64,000 bases of DNA from Tetramitus jugosus (Eukaryota > Protista > Heterolobosea), in NCBI GenBank assembly GCA_937625935.1, contig OW569391.1, positions 186,001-250,000 on the forward strand, given 5' to 3'. Below are positions 22,909-35,325 of this stretch, piece after piece; the stretch's first letter is position 1; each line of letters opens with the position of its first letter. The position numbers and the translations under genes were made by a program. Below the pieces are notes generated by a model. The model was not told where the DNA came from. It saw nothing but the letters and a program-made list of their open reading frames with translations, and searched no databases.

Positions 22909-25350
22909 ATGCGAGCAACGACTGAAGATCAGTCATATCACTCTGAGACTGCCACAAATTGTACCTCTCCAATGTACAACTATTCAAGTGGATTATCTGA
23001 AATGTACATTGTACACCGACAGAAGGAATCTATCTTACTATACGAGAGTCTTGTTGCCCAACTGAGCGAAGATAAATCTTTTATGCCCTTACTATCACAA
23101 TTGTATGGGTTTGGAAAGTCCAGTTTGGTGGTAAACTTCAGAAAGGTTTTGAACACGAATTCATCTGTTGTTAGATACAATGTCATCGACAATGCATTAC
23201 TGGTTCATGTGCAATTCGATGGGTCAATCAAATCAAAGAACGAGGAGCTTATACTAAACATATTGTATCAAGAGATCTGTTTAACTCTCAGTAGATATAA
23301 AATGGATCAGTTGAAAAGTGTGTTGCAAGTATTGATAAATTCGTGTCAAGGAAGTGTGGAGTACTTTCTTAAGCAGTATAATTCAAATGAACACTTGCCG
23401 TCATTGCTCATTTGCTTTGACGAGATCCAAACACTGGAATTAAATGGTGATATTATTGGTTCTGCACGGAACCTGTTGAATCTATGGCAGATACTGATAG
23501 GATCTTTAATTGAATCGAAGTCACGTAAAACTTTCTTTGTCTTAGTTGGCCGATCACAAACTCTAGTCCTGTTAGGAAGAGACAAGAGAGGAACAGAATT
23601 GAAACATCTTCCTCCTCCACCGAGTCCATCGCGTCTAATTTTTCTCCGAGCTCTTTCGAGCCATCATATTCAGGAGAGTATATCAAAAACTATGATCGAT
23701 AATCACGGTTTACTCCAAGTGTTCTATCAACGTGGACTACAGAGCAAAGATGTTTCATACTTTTGTAAGAGGTTACATTTTTACACGGGAGGAATTCCTC
23801 AATTTGTCTTTCGGGTTTGTTGGAGTATTTACAACAAAACCACCATAAGACTCCATAGTATACGAGATATTGATGATCTGTTTTTGAAAAAGACTGACCT
23901 GTTTCTCACAATGAAACATTCAGCAGAAATCCGATTGCTATCATCTATAGACAAATCACTTAGTCGAGTACTTTCATTCATCTATTCATTGAGTGCTTTG
24001 GGGGCTACTTTTCCCGATGACACCACCATCGAAACCTGTCAGACTCAGACGATAACGGAATTACTTCGGACTCTGCCATTGTACTTTGAGAATATTGAGG
24101 ATTGTGACGACCCCAAACACCTGATTTATCGAATGAATTTTCCGGAGTGCTTACAACTTAACATCCCTTTTCCAGATCCCTCCTATTGTAGACTTCTTAA
24201 GGGATTACAGAAACATTCCGCAATTTTGAACGCTGAGGAGTTGCATGAGTATCTTACTTCTAATACTCTTATCCTTCGTATTCTGATGATGAAGAAAGTG
24301 AAAAGAGGTAGTTTTTGGAAAGATATTTTACCCTGTTTTGCATACTCTGAGAATATTGGCCATTTGGTGGTTGATGTTAATCTTTCAGAGATCGTTCTTC
24401 TTCCCAAATTTATCATCAATACAAGATCATCAACAAAAGACAACAAGGAACAACTGAAAACACTGTGTTGGAGTCGGGATGTGTCGGTTGATGATTGGCC
24501 GTGGGTAATTACAAATTTGTGCAAAGTAAGTCACTTCCATAAGCCTAAACCAATGTCGATGTCATGCGATCTGTACTTCTTAGCTGCAAGTGATACGATG
24601 GTGGGATTTTCTATTCAAAACTCTGGACAAGGATCGAACTTTTTTGTGGAGATGCTTCAAAATGAGATTGACAAAGCATCATTGTCAATGAATCACACAC
24701 CTATTCAGAAATTTACTCTATTGGTATTGTGTAGATCTCATGATACATTGTTTACTTTAGGAGATACTTTCAGAATGGAATCTGGACAATTCAAATGGAA
24801 ACAGAACACATTTGAAAAGGATGAAGCAAACCCAACTTATGTTTGTTTTACAGAAATGAAAGAACGATTGAGTTCTCAGATTGGTTGTTGCCCTGGTACA
24901 ATAACTATTCCGAGAGGTATGGAAGTTATTGTATTGAGAGAGAGAGCCTTTGACCGATTCTTTGGAGAACAATTAACTTCATTTTTAAAACAGATGGCTG
25001 AACATAGCACAATTCAACAACCTTCATTCTCCATACTTAGTGAAGTATTAGAGAGCGTACGTATGATACCTAAGAAAGGCAACCAAGTATCAAATCAACC
25101 CTCCTCTCAACCGATGGAATCAATCAACAGGAGAGTGTTCATTATTGAGGATCCAGAAGGTGATTTGGTAACTGTTTTTGGTGATACACTCTCCATGTTG
25201 AAAAACAATTTGGCAGAGCGGTGGGAAAGAGAAGTGGTTGAGATCTTAGCTATTCGATATACCCTGGGAGAAAACCAAATTCATTTGAAGATTGATGATG
25301 ATCTCAACAGGATAGCGAATAACACTAAATTAAACATTACATGGAGGTAA
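22909..25350 (+). CDS. Crinkler-like P-loop NTPase + restriction-endonuclease-fold protein with a possible C-terminal ubiquitin-like domain
   Basis: Walker A-like QLYGFGKS, Walker B LLICFDEIQ, TGGIPQ, later SCDLYF...VGFSIQN (PD-(D/E)xK-like); intronless and without low-complexity tracts. Confidence 0.65.
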   Translation: MRATTEDQSYHSETATNCTSPMYNYSSGLSEMYIVHRQKESILLYESLVAQLSEDKSFMPLLSQLYGFGKSSLVVNFRKVLNTNSSVVRYNVIDNALLVHVQFDGSIKSKNEELILNILYQEICLTLSRYKMDQLKSVLQVLINSCQGSVEYFLKQYNSNEHLPSLLICFDEIQTLELNGDIIGSARNLLNLWQILIGSLIESKSRKTFFVLVGRSQTLVLLGRDKRGTELKHLPPPPSPSRLIFLRALSSHHIQESISKTMIDNHGLLQVFYQRGLQSKDVSYFCKRLHFYTGGIPQFVFRVCWSIYNKTTIRLHSIRDIDDLFLKKTDLFLTMKHSAEIRLLSSIDKSLSRVLSFIYSLSALGATFPDDTTIETCQTQTITELLRTLPLYFENIEDCDDPKHLIYRMNFPECLQLNIPFPDPSYCRLLKGLQKHSAILNAEELHEYLTSNTLILRILMMKKVKRGSFWKDILPCFAYSENIGHLVVDVNLSEIVLLPKFIINTRSSTKDNKEQLKTLCWSRDVSVDDWPWVITNLCKVSHFHKPKPMSMSCDLYFLAASDTMVGFSIQNSGQGSNFFVEMLQNEIDKASLSMNHTPIQKFTLLVLCRSHDTLFTLGDTFRMESGQFKWKQNTFEKDEANPTYVCFTEMKERLSSQIGCCPGTITIPRGMEVIVLRERAFDRFFGEQLTSFLKQMAEHSTIQQPSFSILSEVLESVRMIPKKGNQVSNQPSSQPMESINRRVFIIEDPEGDLVTVFGDTLSMLKNNLAERWEREVVEILAIRYTLGENQIHLKIDDDLNRIANNTKLNITWR

Positions 25351-25486
25351 AAATGAAACATAGGGGGGTGTATTGAGTGATTGAATGTATTGGACAAATA
25401 TTCTATTGTCCTCGAACCCAGAAGAATTGTGGCTTTGGGAATCCATGATCGAAGGCAGCACTCTGTCAACACCTACTAAATACTTG

Positions 25487-27062
25487 TTAAGGCCTGCTTG
25501 AGATTTCTTCTCTCTTTTTCATAACCAAGTTCTCTTTGACAATCTTAACCGTAACCAAAGCTTTTTCTTTTGGATAGTATGTTCTGGGATCCTTGCCTGG
25601 CTCCAGTTCGAATCGGTATCTTTGCAACAATCGAATGATGATGGCAAGTGTTTCTACATACGAGAATCGATACCCTAAACACTTTCTCGCACCGAAACTA
25701 AAGGGGAGAAATGATAGTGGATCATTCTTTTGATTGAAGCGGTCCGGGTTGAACACAAAAGGATCTCTCCAATATCTCTCATCCAAATGGGTGTGGTGAA
25801 TATCAACCCAGATAAAAGCATCCTTTGGAACAGGGAATCCACAAATAACATCTTTGGATTTGGTTGTTTTGGGTATCATGCCCACAGGAGTATGTCTCCT
25901 CAAACTTTCGTTGATACAATTCTTGACATAGTGCAATTTGCCATAATCATCATAGGTAAAATCTTGTCCTCCCAAAACACAATCAATCTCTGCTATGCAC
26001 TTGTCTTGAATCTCTTGATTCTTTGCCAACTCGCACAGTAAATGTCCCAGGTTAGTTGCGGATGTCTCATGGCCAGCAAGCAAGAAGATGAAAGAATCAG
26101 AAATGAGTTCCTCCTTTGAGAGCTTGTTTTCTTGGGCATCATTTTCATTGGATTCCAGCAACAAACTTAACAAGTCAGCCCCCGAACCGACCTTTGATGA
26201 ACTACGAGCCGAAATCAACTCCTCAATGTATTGCTTGGTCTCACAGATGGATGTTGTTGTATTTCGAAACAAAGGAAAACCATGGAGGAATGAGGGAACA
26301 AACATGTGCAATGCGATTCCCAGAGTGTTTGTAACTTCGAGCGAATCGTAGAAGGATTTCAAGTGCTTTGTCTTGTCAAATAGCGTGTGTTTGGAACTAG
26401 GAATGCTCTCATTGAACATATTCAAATCCACACCAAAGTTCGACTTGCCAATAATGTCCATGGCTACATCTGTCATGTCAGAGTTCAATTCTATCATTTG
26501 AGAACTCTCCAGTCTCTTGAGCAACAAGTCAGTTGTATTATTCGATATACCTACTAATTCTCTCAAGTTCTTCTCATGGAATGCAGGTTCAACAATTTTT
26601 CTATGCCTTCTATGATCCATTTCATTGCTCAAACTCACGATATTACTTCCATAACTGTTTCATCTAGGAGTCAACCAATGGAATATTTTCAAAGACAGAA
26701 ACAAACAGAATAAAATCAACTTACAGGTTTAACGCAGAATAAAGTGGCGGTTTGGTAAAGTTAGAAGTCTTCTTCAACATGACATGCCTCACTGCTTCCA
26801 AACTATTGGTAACGAAGACCGTTTCGTTGAAGCACGTGATACGAAACAATGGATACTTTTTCAATCTTTCTCCCACTTCCATAATCTCTGGATAATTGCC
26901 TAGGAACATGTAAGGAGCAAAAAAGGGAATCTTGAAAGGGGTAGAAGGCAGCAATTGGCTTACTCCAGGCACATGCCTATATCTCCAAATCTCTCGCAAA
27001 TGGAGACCAACTGCACATGCAACAAACACTAAAACTATTGATAGTATAACAATTGTTATCAT
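25487..27062 (-). CDS. Cytochrome P450; 2 exons (intron 26655-26724)
   Basis: N-terminal membrane anchor, AGHETS I-helix, ESLR, FNPDRF and heme motif PFSFGARKCLG. Confidence 0.95.
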
Positions 27063-27740
27063 TTTTCTCTTCTGTGTTGTTACCGTTAAATGGTATAGGT
27101 CAACCGCTGATCTTTTCTTTTAGTACATGATACATCACTTTGCTATTAATATCGGGAGGACGTGAGAGGGAGTTTAGTCTCCATAAAAAACCTGTAATCT
27201 CGAGAACCCCCCTTCTCCAATCACATGAAAGCGCCATTCTGGTAATACAACAGTGCTCGGCGAGTTGTGTTTCCTTTGGGATCACCATCAATACTTTCAT
27301 AGTTCATTTTTGATTCATGGTTGACCAAATTTCTGATAATACATTGTTACCACTCGAACAAACTAGCATTAAATAGGAGTCCATTTCCATGAAATGCCAC
27401 TCCTCCCTTCATGATTCACATATAGCGCACCTTTTGCGTTCTTGAATAAAGAGCCATAGCTTGAAAAAAACAATACTTAGTTGAAAGGGTGATTGAAGTC
27501 TATCGACACTAAGCATCAGAGAAAGGAACGACGATGGAGATCCACAACGAAAATTGTTTTTCACCAATACAAACTTTCGATTTTCCCGCCACATTTCCCG
27601 TCATCCAAGTTTTTGATCAGCGCAACAATTTTCACATCTTCAACAAGACTCAAAAAAAAAAGCATCTCCTTGCAACAAACAAAAAGTTTTCTTCACACAC
27701 ACAACATTGAAGCTTTTTTGTGCACGTGAGGTGAGAAAAC

Positions 27741-30700
27741 ATGACAACATCAACAACAAAAATGACACCTGATTTTGGTATCAACTATGAAGATTCATTT
27801 GCCACTTTTTCAATCTATTTGGCCAATGCATTCCGTGCCAATCAAAACACTTTGACTGTGTCTTCTCGCGATCAACAACAAACTGTGAAGAAATTGGAAC
27901 AATGGATCGATGTGCATCGAGATTTTTTGATTTGTCCACTTGCGTATGATGTATGTAGTACTCTCTGAGCTCTGCTCATTGTTCGTTTTGTTATGAAAAA
28001 TGGAATATCAACAAAAAAAATTTTGGGTTTTTTTTGTGTGTTCGCTTCATTACGTCTATAGAAACCAAGAGAAGAAGATAGAAGAACCATATCTCAAGAT
28101 TCCATTGTCATACATGATAGACAATTGAAATTACATGCTCCATTGATTGACATTTCCATACAATTGTCAAATGAGTTGAACTTGAATGAATTGTTGGTTG
28201 TCAAATTGTTGTACGTGACGCTTCAAGACATGAAGGGAAGAGGCATGAACATTACTCCTGAAGAATTGAAGAAGCGTTGTGTGTCATTGTATCAACAAGA
28301 ACGGTATGATTGGTGCTTGTCGTTGCTTCAATTGTTGCAGGGAAGCATGGATTTGAGTATCAATGAAAAATTTAGACAGTGGATCACGGATCAGATCACA
28401 AGTATTGTCTCACCTCAATTTATGACCAATGTGACAAAACAATTGAAAGATTTGAGTGCAGTAGTATCGTCATCAACGTCATCTTCTCATCACTTGTTAG
28501 AAGTATCGTTGTTGTCTCAAATTTTGCTCTATTCAGTTGATGCAATCAAAATTGTAAGCTTTGAAACCATTGTTGCCATTTGGGATTTGCTAGAGCATCT
28601 AATGAACCAATACCAGACGAACACGAGCTCTGACATGACTGCTCCTGTGCGACAAATTCGTTTGCGAGTGATTTATACGATTGCCACATCGATTCGTTTT
28701 GCAATCAACATCACACATAGTGAAAATCGGTCTCACATTCTCAATCGACCCAATTTTCAACAAGAATTCCTATCCCGACTATCAAAACTCCAAACTGCAG
28801 GAAATAGTTCAAGTGTTCACCGGAATGTGTACTCACTCTTATCACTCTTGTGGACCATTAACAGTTCTGATAATAGTGGCAAACCTCTATTTGAACAATC
28901 AATGGCCTATCAGAACATATTTGCGACAATTCAAGACGAAATTCTACCTAATTTAACTGTGAGTCACAAGATTGATTCAATGCATCCATCATATATGGCA
29001 GTGAATAGGGTTGTCCATCAATTTATATTTGATACCTTTAGCTCGATGATATTGGATCTGATTGCCAATTGTTCCAATATTCTGCGAGAGCATTTCCAAA
29101 AAGAAGTGGACGAATTCATGGGCGCATCCGAAACAAACGAACAAAAAGTGGAGATTGCCCCTCACCTCGTTAGTTTGTTCTCTTTGATTGCGCATCTCGC
29201 AAAACACAGTAAGTTCGCTGATGCGCTGAGACCAGAAGGAGGAATGGCTACTGTTAGTACATTCTTGGACTCTACCTGTCCGATCATTATCATGAATTTC
29301 AATGAGTACAAGAGTGTCCCATTGGTTCACTACCTGCAATTGTTGCACGTTCTATGTACCACAACCGAAAATGGATACGATATTCTATTGGCACCACTTC
29401 TCGAACAGCAAAAAGAGGATGGAACTTATCTTATCACTTGGGATATTTTCGAAAGAACGATTGTTACGTTTGAAGAAGATGACGCCGTGATATACTCTAC
29501 TCTAACGCTTGTTGAAGGACTAGTAAAGGAGGCAAGTTATATTTCCTTCGATAAGAATAATGTGGTCAATTCTTTAATTGAAATTGCGAGTGGTGTAAAT
29601 CATATTCCACGAGAAATGTCGAGAGAAGAAACAAAGTTGATTGGCAGAGTGTTTGAATTATTGGGTACGTTCTGTCAGAGATTCCCTGAATACATTCAGC
29701 ATACCTGGACATGCCTTGAGAATATTTGGGCAACTGGATGTGTCTTCCACTCTTGGGAAATGAAAACAAAATCCTATGATATTACACTCGGTATTTTGAA
29801 TCTCCTCGAGAGACTGCTATCTCTGGATGATTATCGATATTTGATTCATCACTTAGGCCAAGGATATCGTACCCCAGGATTTATCCCCTACTTAAACTAC
29901 GTGAAGGATGTTATATTCGCCAAGCACTACTACCTCCCATACCAAGATGTGGCCAAAAATCAAAAGTGGTTGCTCGCTCAAAGCTCCTTGAAAATTATGC
30001 ATATTATTTTACGGGATTACGATCCTAAATCTCAGCCACTCACTCAGCAGATTCTAACTCCGTCTGGTAATACGATTGTGGTACCATTCACTCACCCAGG
30101 TTATGAGTTGTGCTGTGAGCTCTTATCTGAAAGAAGTATGAATGCAAACTCTATTCTTTCTCTAATAGTATCGACGATTGAACAAGGTATAACTATCACT
30201 CAGGAAGAAGAGAGAACAGAAATGATATTGAATGACCAAAAGCGGCAAATGGCTGACGTAGATTTCTCAACCATCAACACAATCGAACATTGTCTAGTTG
30301 ACGCGCTGGGTATCTTAAAATATGGACTGAAAAAACAACAAGCCTTTGTTGACTTGATTTCTAAGTCCGTTCCACAAACCACTATGAATTCACAGGAATA
30401 CATAACTGTGACATCACTAGACAAATATCTGATATTACAGCCAAATATTGCAGTCTTTTTAACAAAGTTCTTGGATTATGCTTATAATGTGGAAATCAGA
30501 CTAGTAGCTGCCGATATGCTACTATGCCTAAGTAATACCCAACCTGAAAAGCTAACGATTCATCTTTACGATTCACAAGATGTTATGGATATTTTCATAA
30601 ACTGTCTCGCTGGTTTGCATGATGAACAATGCAACCAATTGGACTATAAGATACGTGGAAAAATTATCAAACTCCTGAGAGAAAATACTGCATCTCCCTC

Positions 30701-33221
30701 TCCCGCATTAAGTCATTGGTTGTGTGGTCTTAATGACCAAACCGTAGAAAAAGACACATCAGATGAAAATTGCCTCGGTGTCATCTGTGAAATGATCAAG
30801 CAAAGCCTTGGTGCTGATATGTGGATTCCCCACCAACTTCATGACAAGTTTATCGAGCAGTGTTTAGAGCTCATCAAACATCTATGTCATGATCGGAGAG
30901 TATACACTCTAACATTCAAGGTTCTCGAACACTACGGATTGTTCACAAGCCCCAGTACTATTCTTGTGTTGAAGGACAAATACTTGGACAACTTAAGTCA
31001 GTACGCTTCAGAAATCGAGGCATCATATCACCACTTGATTGCTCAACAAGGATTAATTCTCGATATTATTGCATTTAAACTGTTTGTTCAATCCCAAAAC
31101 AGTGAAGAATCAAAGACTCAGATGAAGAGTAGCCAAGGTGCTGCAAACCAACTGATTAATATTTTATTCAACAGTGATCCAGTCGTTCACGCTGAAAGTA
31201 GATCAAATATCTGGCTCGATAAGCTATTAATTGATGGTCAAGAGCAACGACGTGCAACCATCCTTGAACTTTTGGATGGAATACTAAAAACACTTGTAGA
31301 TAAGCCATTAGGCGAGTCCCATCGTCTCGAGCGAAGTAAGTCGATGTGTAGATCATTGAAAGGGTGGCAATCAATTTTGGAAGTGTTTCTGTCCAAAGGA
31401 ATGACCGATCTTGTGTTCACTGGATCTGACAACGAAGAGACACAATTCCGAGAACAACTTCTAATTAATGTGTCAACTGCTGTGCTCGTCAAGTTGTCAG
31501 CCATACTAGCACTGACGACAAATCAATCCGAAGAATATTTATTGATCCAGCACACATTGACTCAGATCACGTCTCGGCTGATGAGTAAGTTGAAAGAACA
31601 GCAAACGCAACAAAAACCTGTCACAGACAACGAAACAGCCTCTGTGGGACCGTATCGTTCATCTTTGATCGATCGTTGCACTACAATTCTGCAACATATC
31701 ATTCAATGCTTGCTGCGAAACTATAATTGCACTTTGACAACACGGGGCAACCTCTATGCAACTCTTTTGGACTACTTGCACTATTCTCGCCTCCGCTTTG
31801 CTACAATGCACGAACAGCAACAAATCATGGACAAAGAGAATGACCAAATCCTATCTCAAACTCATATTGATTTGATCTCACGTATTGGACGAGATATTCT
31901 GGATTGTGGCGATAATGCTTGGAAAGGTGTCGCGCTTGCTACTCTCGATTCTCTATTCAGTAAGAGATCAGAATCTAACCACCACTCCATTCAATTACAA
32001 TGGATTGAGTTTATATCTAGTAGTGGATTGTTAAGACAATTGATCGACGAACTGTGCTTGTTCCAACCACAGCTAATGTCCTTGCTTGTTGTTGACTCCA
32101 ACTTTGGCACGACAAATGAACAAGAGCGTATCAACAAGTTGTATATTCATGAAAGCATCATGTCTTTACTTCTCAAGATTAGTCTGGTTGATCCGAATGT
32201 CCTCACAAAATATAATATTCTGGGAATGATCACTGCTCAATTCAAGTTCTTGGATATCGAGACGCCTCAAGTCGAATATTCGGAACACTCGATGATCAAC
32301 GAGGATAATTACGATCTAGCTGATCTCAATAACAAATTGCTGACAGAACGATATCATCAACTCTGTGTCCCCACACTCAAGCTTGTAGTAAGCATTATCT
32401 TACAAATGCATTCAAATTATGCCTATATTGAGCAAGGTTTGCTATTCGTGGAGAAGCATTACAAAATGTTGAAACATGTGATGACTCGTGCTATTGTAGA
32501 CTCGGGAGACAACCAATTCAGTCCATTCATACTCGAGCAAGCCAGTTTAGTCACGAGCCTTCTCTATCTGCTAGGTGGCGAAGGTCACCACAACAGAAGA
32601 GTAATTCTCAAGTCAGAAAGAGTAATGCTCCAACTCCTATCCAAATATTCAGGTTTGGAGAATGCATGGCGCATTGATTCCAAGATGCCACACGAACTGA
32701 TTAGAGAAATTTGTCGAAACATTCTAGCATACTTCCGTCTGGTCACCCAGCATCTTCAATCGGACTATATCGCACTCAGGGCAGTCGTTAGTCCAAGCAT
32801 TTCTGACTCGTGTTCCATTGGCTCGCTGCTCTCTGTCATTGAGCAGGCAGTTAGATATTCATTCGAGTTGACAAAGACGATACAAGAGACATACGAACAC
32901 TCGTCTCATAACGATCAAATCATTCTGGGATATGCAATTGGCCGTGCTGCTCTTGGGACAATAATTGTGACAAGATTAGCTCCCTACCAGTACATTGTCG
33001 AGAATGCAGTTTTGTTGCTCTTGCGTCACCTAAGTTTCTTCCTCTCTAGCATTCCATCAGTCCCAGCAGATCAACAAACAAAACTCAGGGCAGACATGAC
33101 GAATCGCATCAATCTACTTGTTCAAAATTTGAACAAACTAGACATGTACCGCTCAGAACCACTGAGAACATTGATGCTGCAGACTCAGACTCTCCTCAAG
33201 CAACAACCATCACTCAAGTAA
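27741..33221 (+). CDS. NUP205: Nucleoporin Nup205/Nup192; 2 exons (intron 27951-28061)
   Basis: About 1790-aa helical protein with the Nup205-like LGQGYRTPGFIPYLNYVKDVIF...KW and RGNLYATLLDYL; exon 1 is in frame through a GTATGT..TAG intron. Confidence 0.85.
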
Positions 33222-33280
33222 GAGCATTTGTGAAAAAGCAGCAATAAAATTTTCACTTCGGACTAATTCAACCACAATCG

Positions 33281-33294
33281 TGAAGGTTCAATGA
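33281..33294 (+). promoter_or_regulatory. Candidate ribosomal-protein promoter motif TGAAGGTTCAATGA (RPS7)
   Basis: An identical 14-mer lies upstream of RPS9 (43205-43218) in the same gene-relative orientation. Confidence 0.7.
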
Positions 33295-33479
33295 GTCAAC
33301 CAACAGTCAACCAAGATTATTTCGAAAAAGTTTGAAGAAAAAACCAAAAAACACAAAACCTGCCAAAACACCCATATATAAGGTATTGTATATGTCTCAC
33401 GCCAACGATGATTCTTCGACTTGTCCGAGCAAAACAAAATCTCACCCAAAAATCTTTCATCTTATAGTCATAACATAGA

Positions 33480-34046
33480 ATGTTAACTGCATTGAGAAAG
33501 CTTAGAAAGCAAGGCGAAGAAAAGCCAACTGAACTCGAAACTCAAGTCGCACAAGCTGTTTTCGATTTGGAAGTTAACGACAAGAACTTGAAGACTGACT
33601 TGCAATTGTTGCACTTCACCAATGCTCAAGAAATTGCTGTCTCCAAGGACAAGTCTGTTGTTGTTGTCTTTGTCCCAGTCAGACAATTGAAGGGATGGAA
33701 GAAGGTCCACACCAGAGTCGTCAGAGAATTGGAAAAGAAGTTTGCTGGAAAGCACGTCTTGATCATTGGTCAAAGAAAGGCTTTGAAGAAGCCAACTAAC
33801 TCCACCGTTAGAAGACCAAGAGCAAGATCCCTTGCTGAAGTCCAAAGAAACTTGTTGGAAGATATTGCATACCCAGTCCAAATTGTTGGTAGAAGAATCA
33901 GAGTTAGAGTAGATGGATCTCAACACCAAAGAATCTTCTTGGATGCCAAGGAAAAGAACAACTACGAATCCAAGCTTAAGACTTTCTCCACAATCTACAG
34001 AAAGATGACCGGAAAGAGAGTTTCCTACGAATTCTTGTCTGCTTAA
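33480..34046 (+). CDS. RPS7: 40S ribosomal protein S7 (eS7)
   Basis: RVVRELEKKFAGKHV, RPRARSL and IVGRRIRVRVDGS; strong codon bias. Confidence 0.97.
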   Translation: MLTALRKLRKQGEEKPTELETQVAQAVFDLEVNDKNLKTDLQLLHFTNAQEIAVSKDKSVVVVFVPVRQLKGWKKVHTRVVRELEKKFAGKHVLIIGQRKALKKPTNSTVRRPRARSLAEVQRNLLEDIAYPVQIVGRRIRVRVDGSQHQRIFLDAKEKNNYESKLKTFSTIYRKMTGKRVSYEFLSA

Positions 34047-34293
34047 ATCAGTAAAATCATCATTTTTCTATGTTATGAATTTGCTTTTCCCTTTCAACGA
34101 ACAAGTGACTCTTCTTGCATCAAAATGGATGTGGTTGTTTGGGATCACACGTTTGTTTCTTCCAGTTCGGACAAAATTGCTGTTGTTTCATTTCCTTCTT
34201 CTGGAACAAAAACATTTCCGAACACAAAAAAACGAGAAGCATCCATCACTGCACAACAATAACAAACGATAGATACACAGTCATTCATTAATC

Positions 34294-35227
34294 ATGTCAG
34301 AATCAGAACTATTCAGAGGCTATGAGAGTGAATACTTTGAAGTGGCCAACAGCATGAAGAGACAAGTGGCTCAAATCAAGAATCAATCCGGTGGTATGTG
34401 TGTGTGAGTGTGTTCGCATGAGTGAATAACAAACATTAGTGTATATACGTGTGTTCGCATGAGTGAATAACAATACTAACACAACAATGCTATGTGACAT
34501 CTATGTGTGATATATGATGATGATATGTGATGATGCAATGATATGTGTGATGATATGTGTGATGATAGAGGCCAGAAAGAGAACACTTCAACAATTGTCC
34601 AAAAACCTGGAGAGAGCCGATTCCTTATTGAGAGACATGGAACAAGAAGTGGCATCAATTGCCAAGCGAGACATTCGAGACAAATTAAACACACGATTAA
34701 AAACAGTGAGCGGCGACATTGCCAAAACACGATCCGAATTTGAAGCACAAAAAAGCAGGGGACCAAACTCTGGATCAGAGAGAGATTCATTGCTCGGAAG
34801 TGGTGGTGCAAAAAAGGACGAATTTCAAATTGCAGAAGACGACTATAGAAGTCGATTGGCTCAGTCAACGCGCTCAGTCGAAAGAACAAGTGATAGTTTG
34901 CAGCGATCGATGCAAATTTTGGATGAGACTGAGCAGATGGGTGTTCAGACGGCAGAGGACGTGAAGCGACAAGGTGAACAATTGAGGAGAACGAGAGACA
35001 GATTGCATGATGCAAATGAAGAGTTGACAGTGGGTAGTAGAATCATTGGAAGGTTGTCTAGAAGACAGATTACGAACCGTATCATTATTATTTTGATTAT
35101 TTTGCTCATGTTGGTTGTGATTGGCATCTTGGTGTTCTTTATTGTGCGTCCGTTTGTGAAGAAAAAGAATCCTTCACCTGCTCCAAGTCCCTCTCCATCA
35201 CCATCTCCCCCTGCCTTTAAACTCTAA
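34294..35227 (+). CDS. VTI1: Vti1-family Qb-SNARE; 2 exons (intron 34394-34568)
   Basis: MSESELFRGYESEY N-terminus, SNARE motif ETEQMG...RQGEQL and a C-terminal TM helix. Confidence 0.9.
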
Positions 35228-35325
35228 TCATTATTGTTGTTGCGTGTAAGATAGATAAAATGCAATTATTATTATAATATATTTGTTTATTTTATGTTGA
35301 TGATGTGTAATTTTACAAAATGAGA

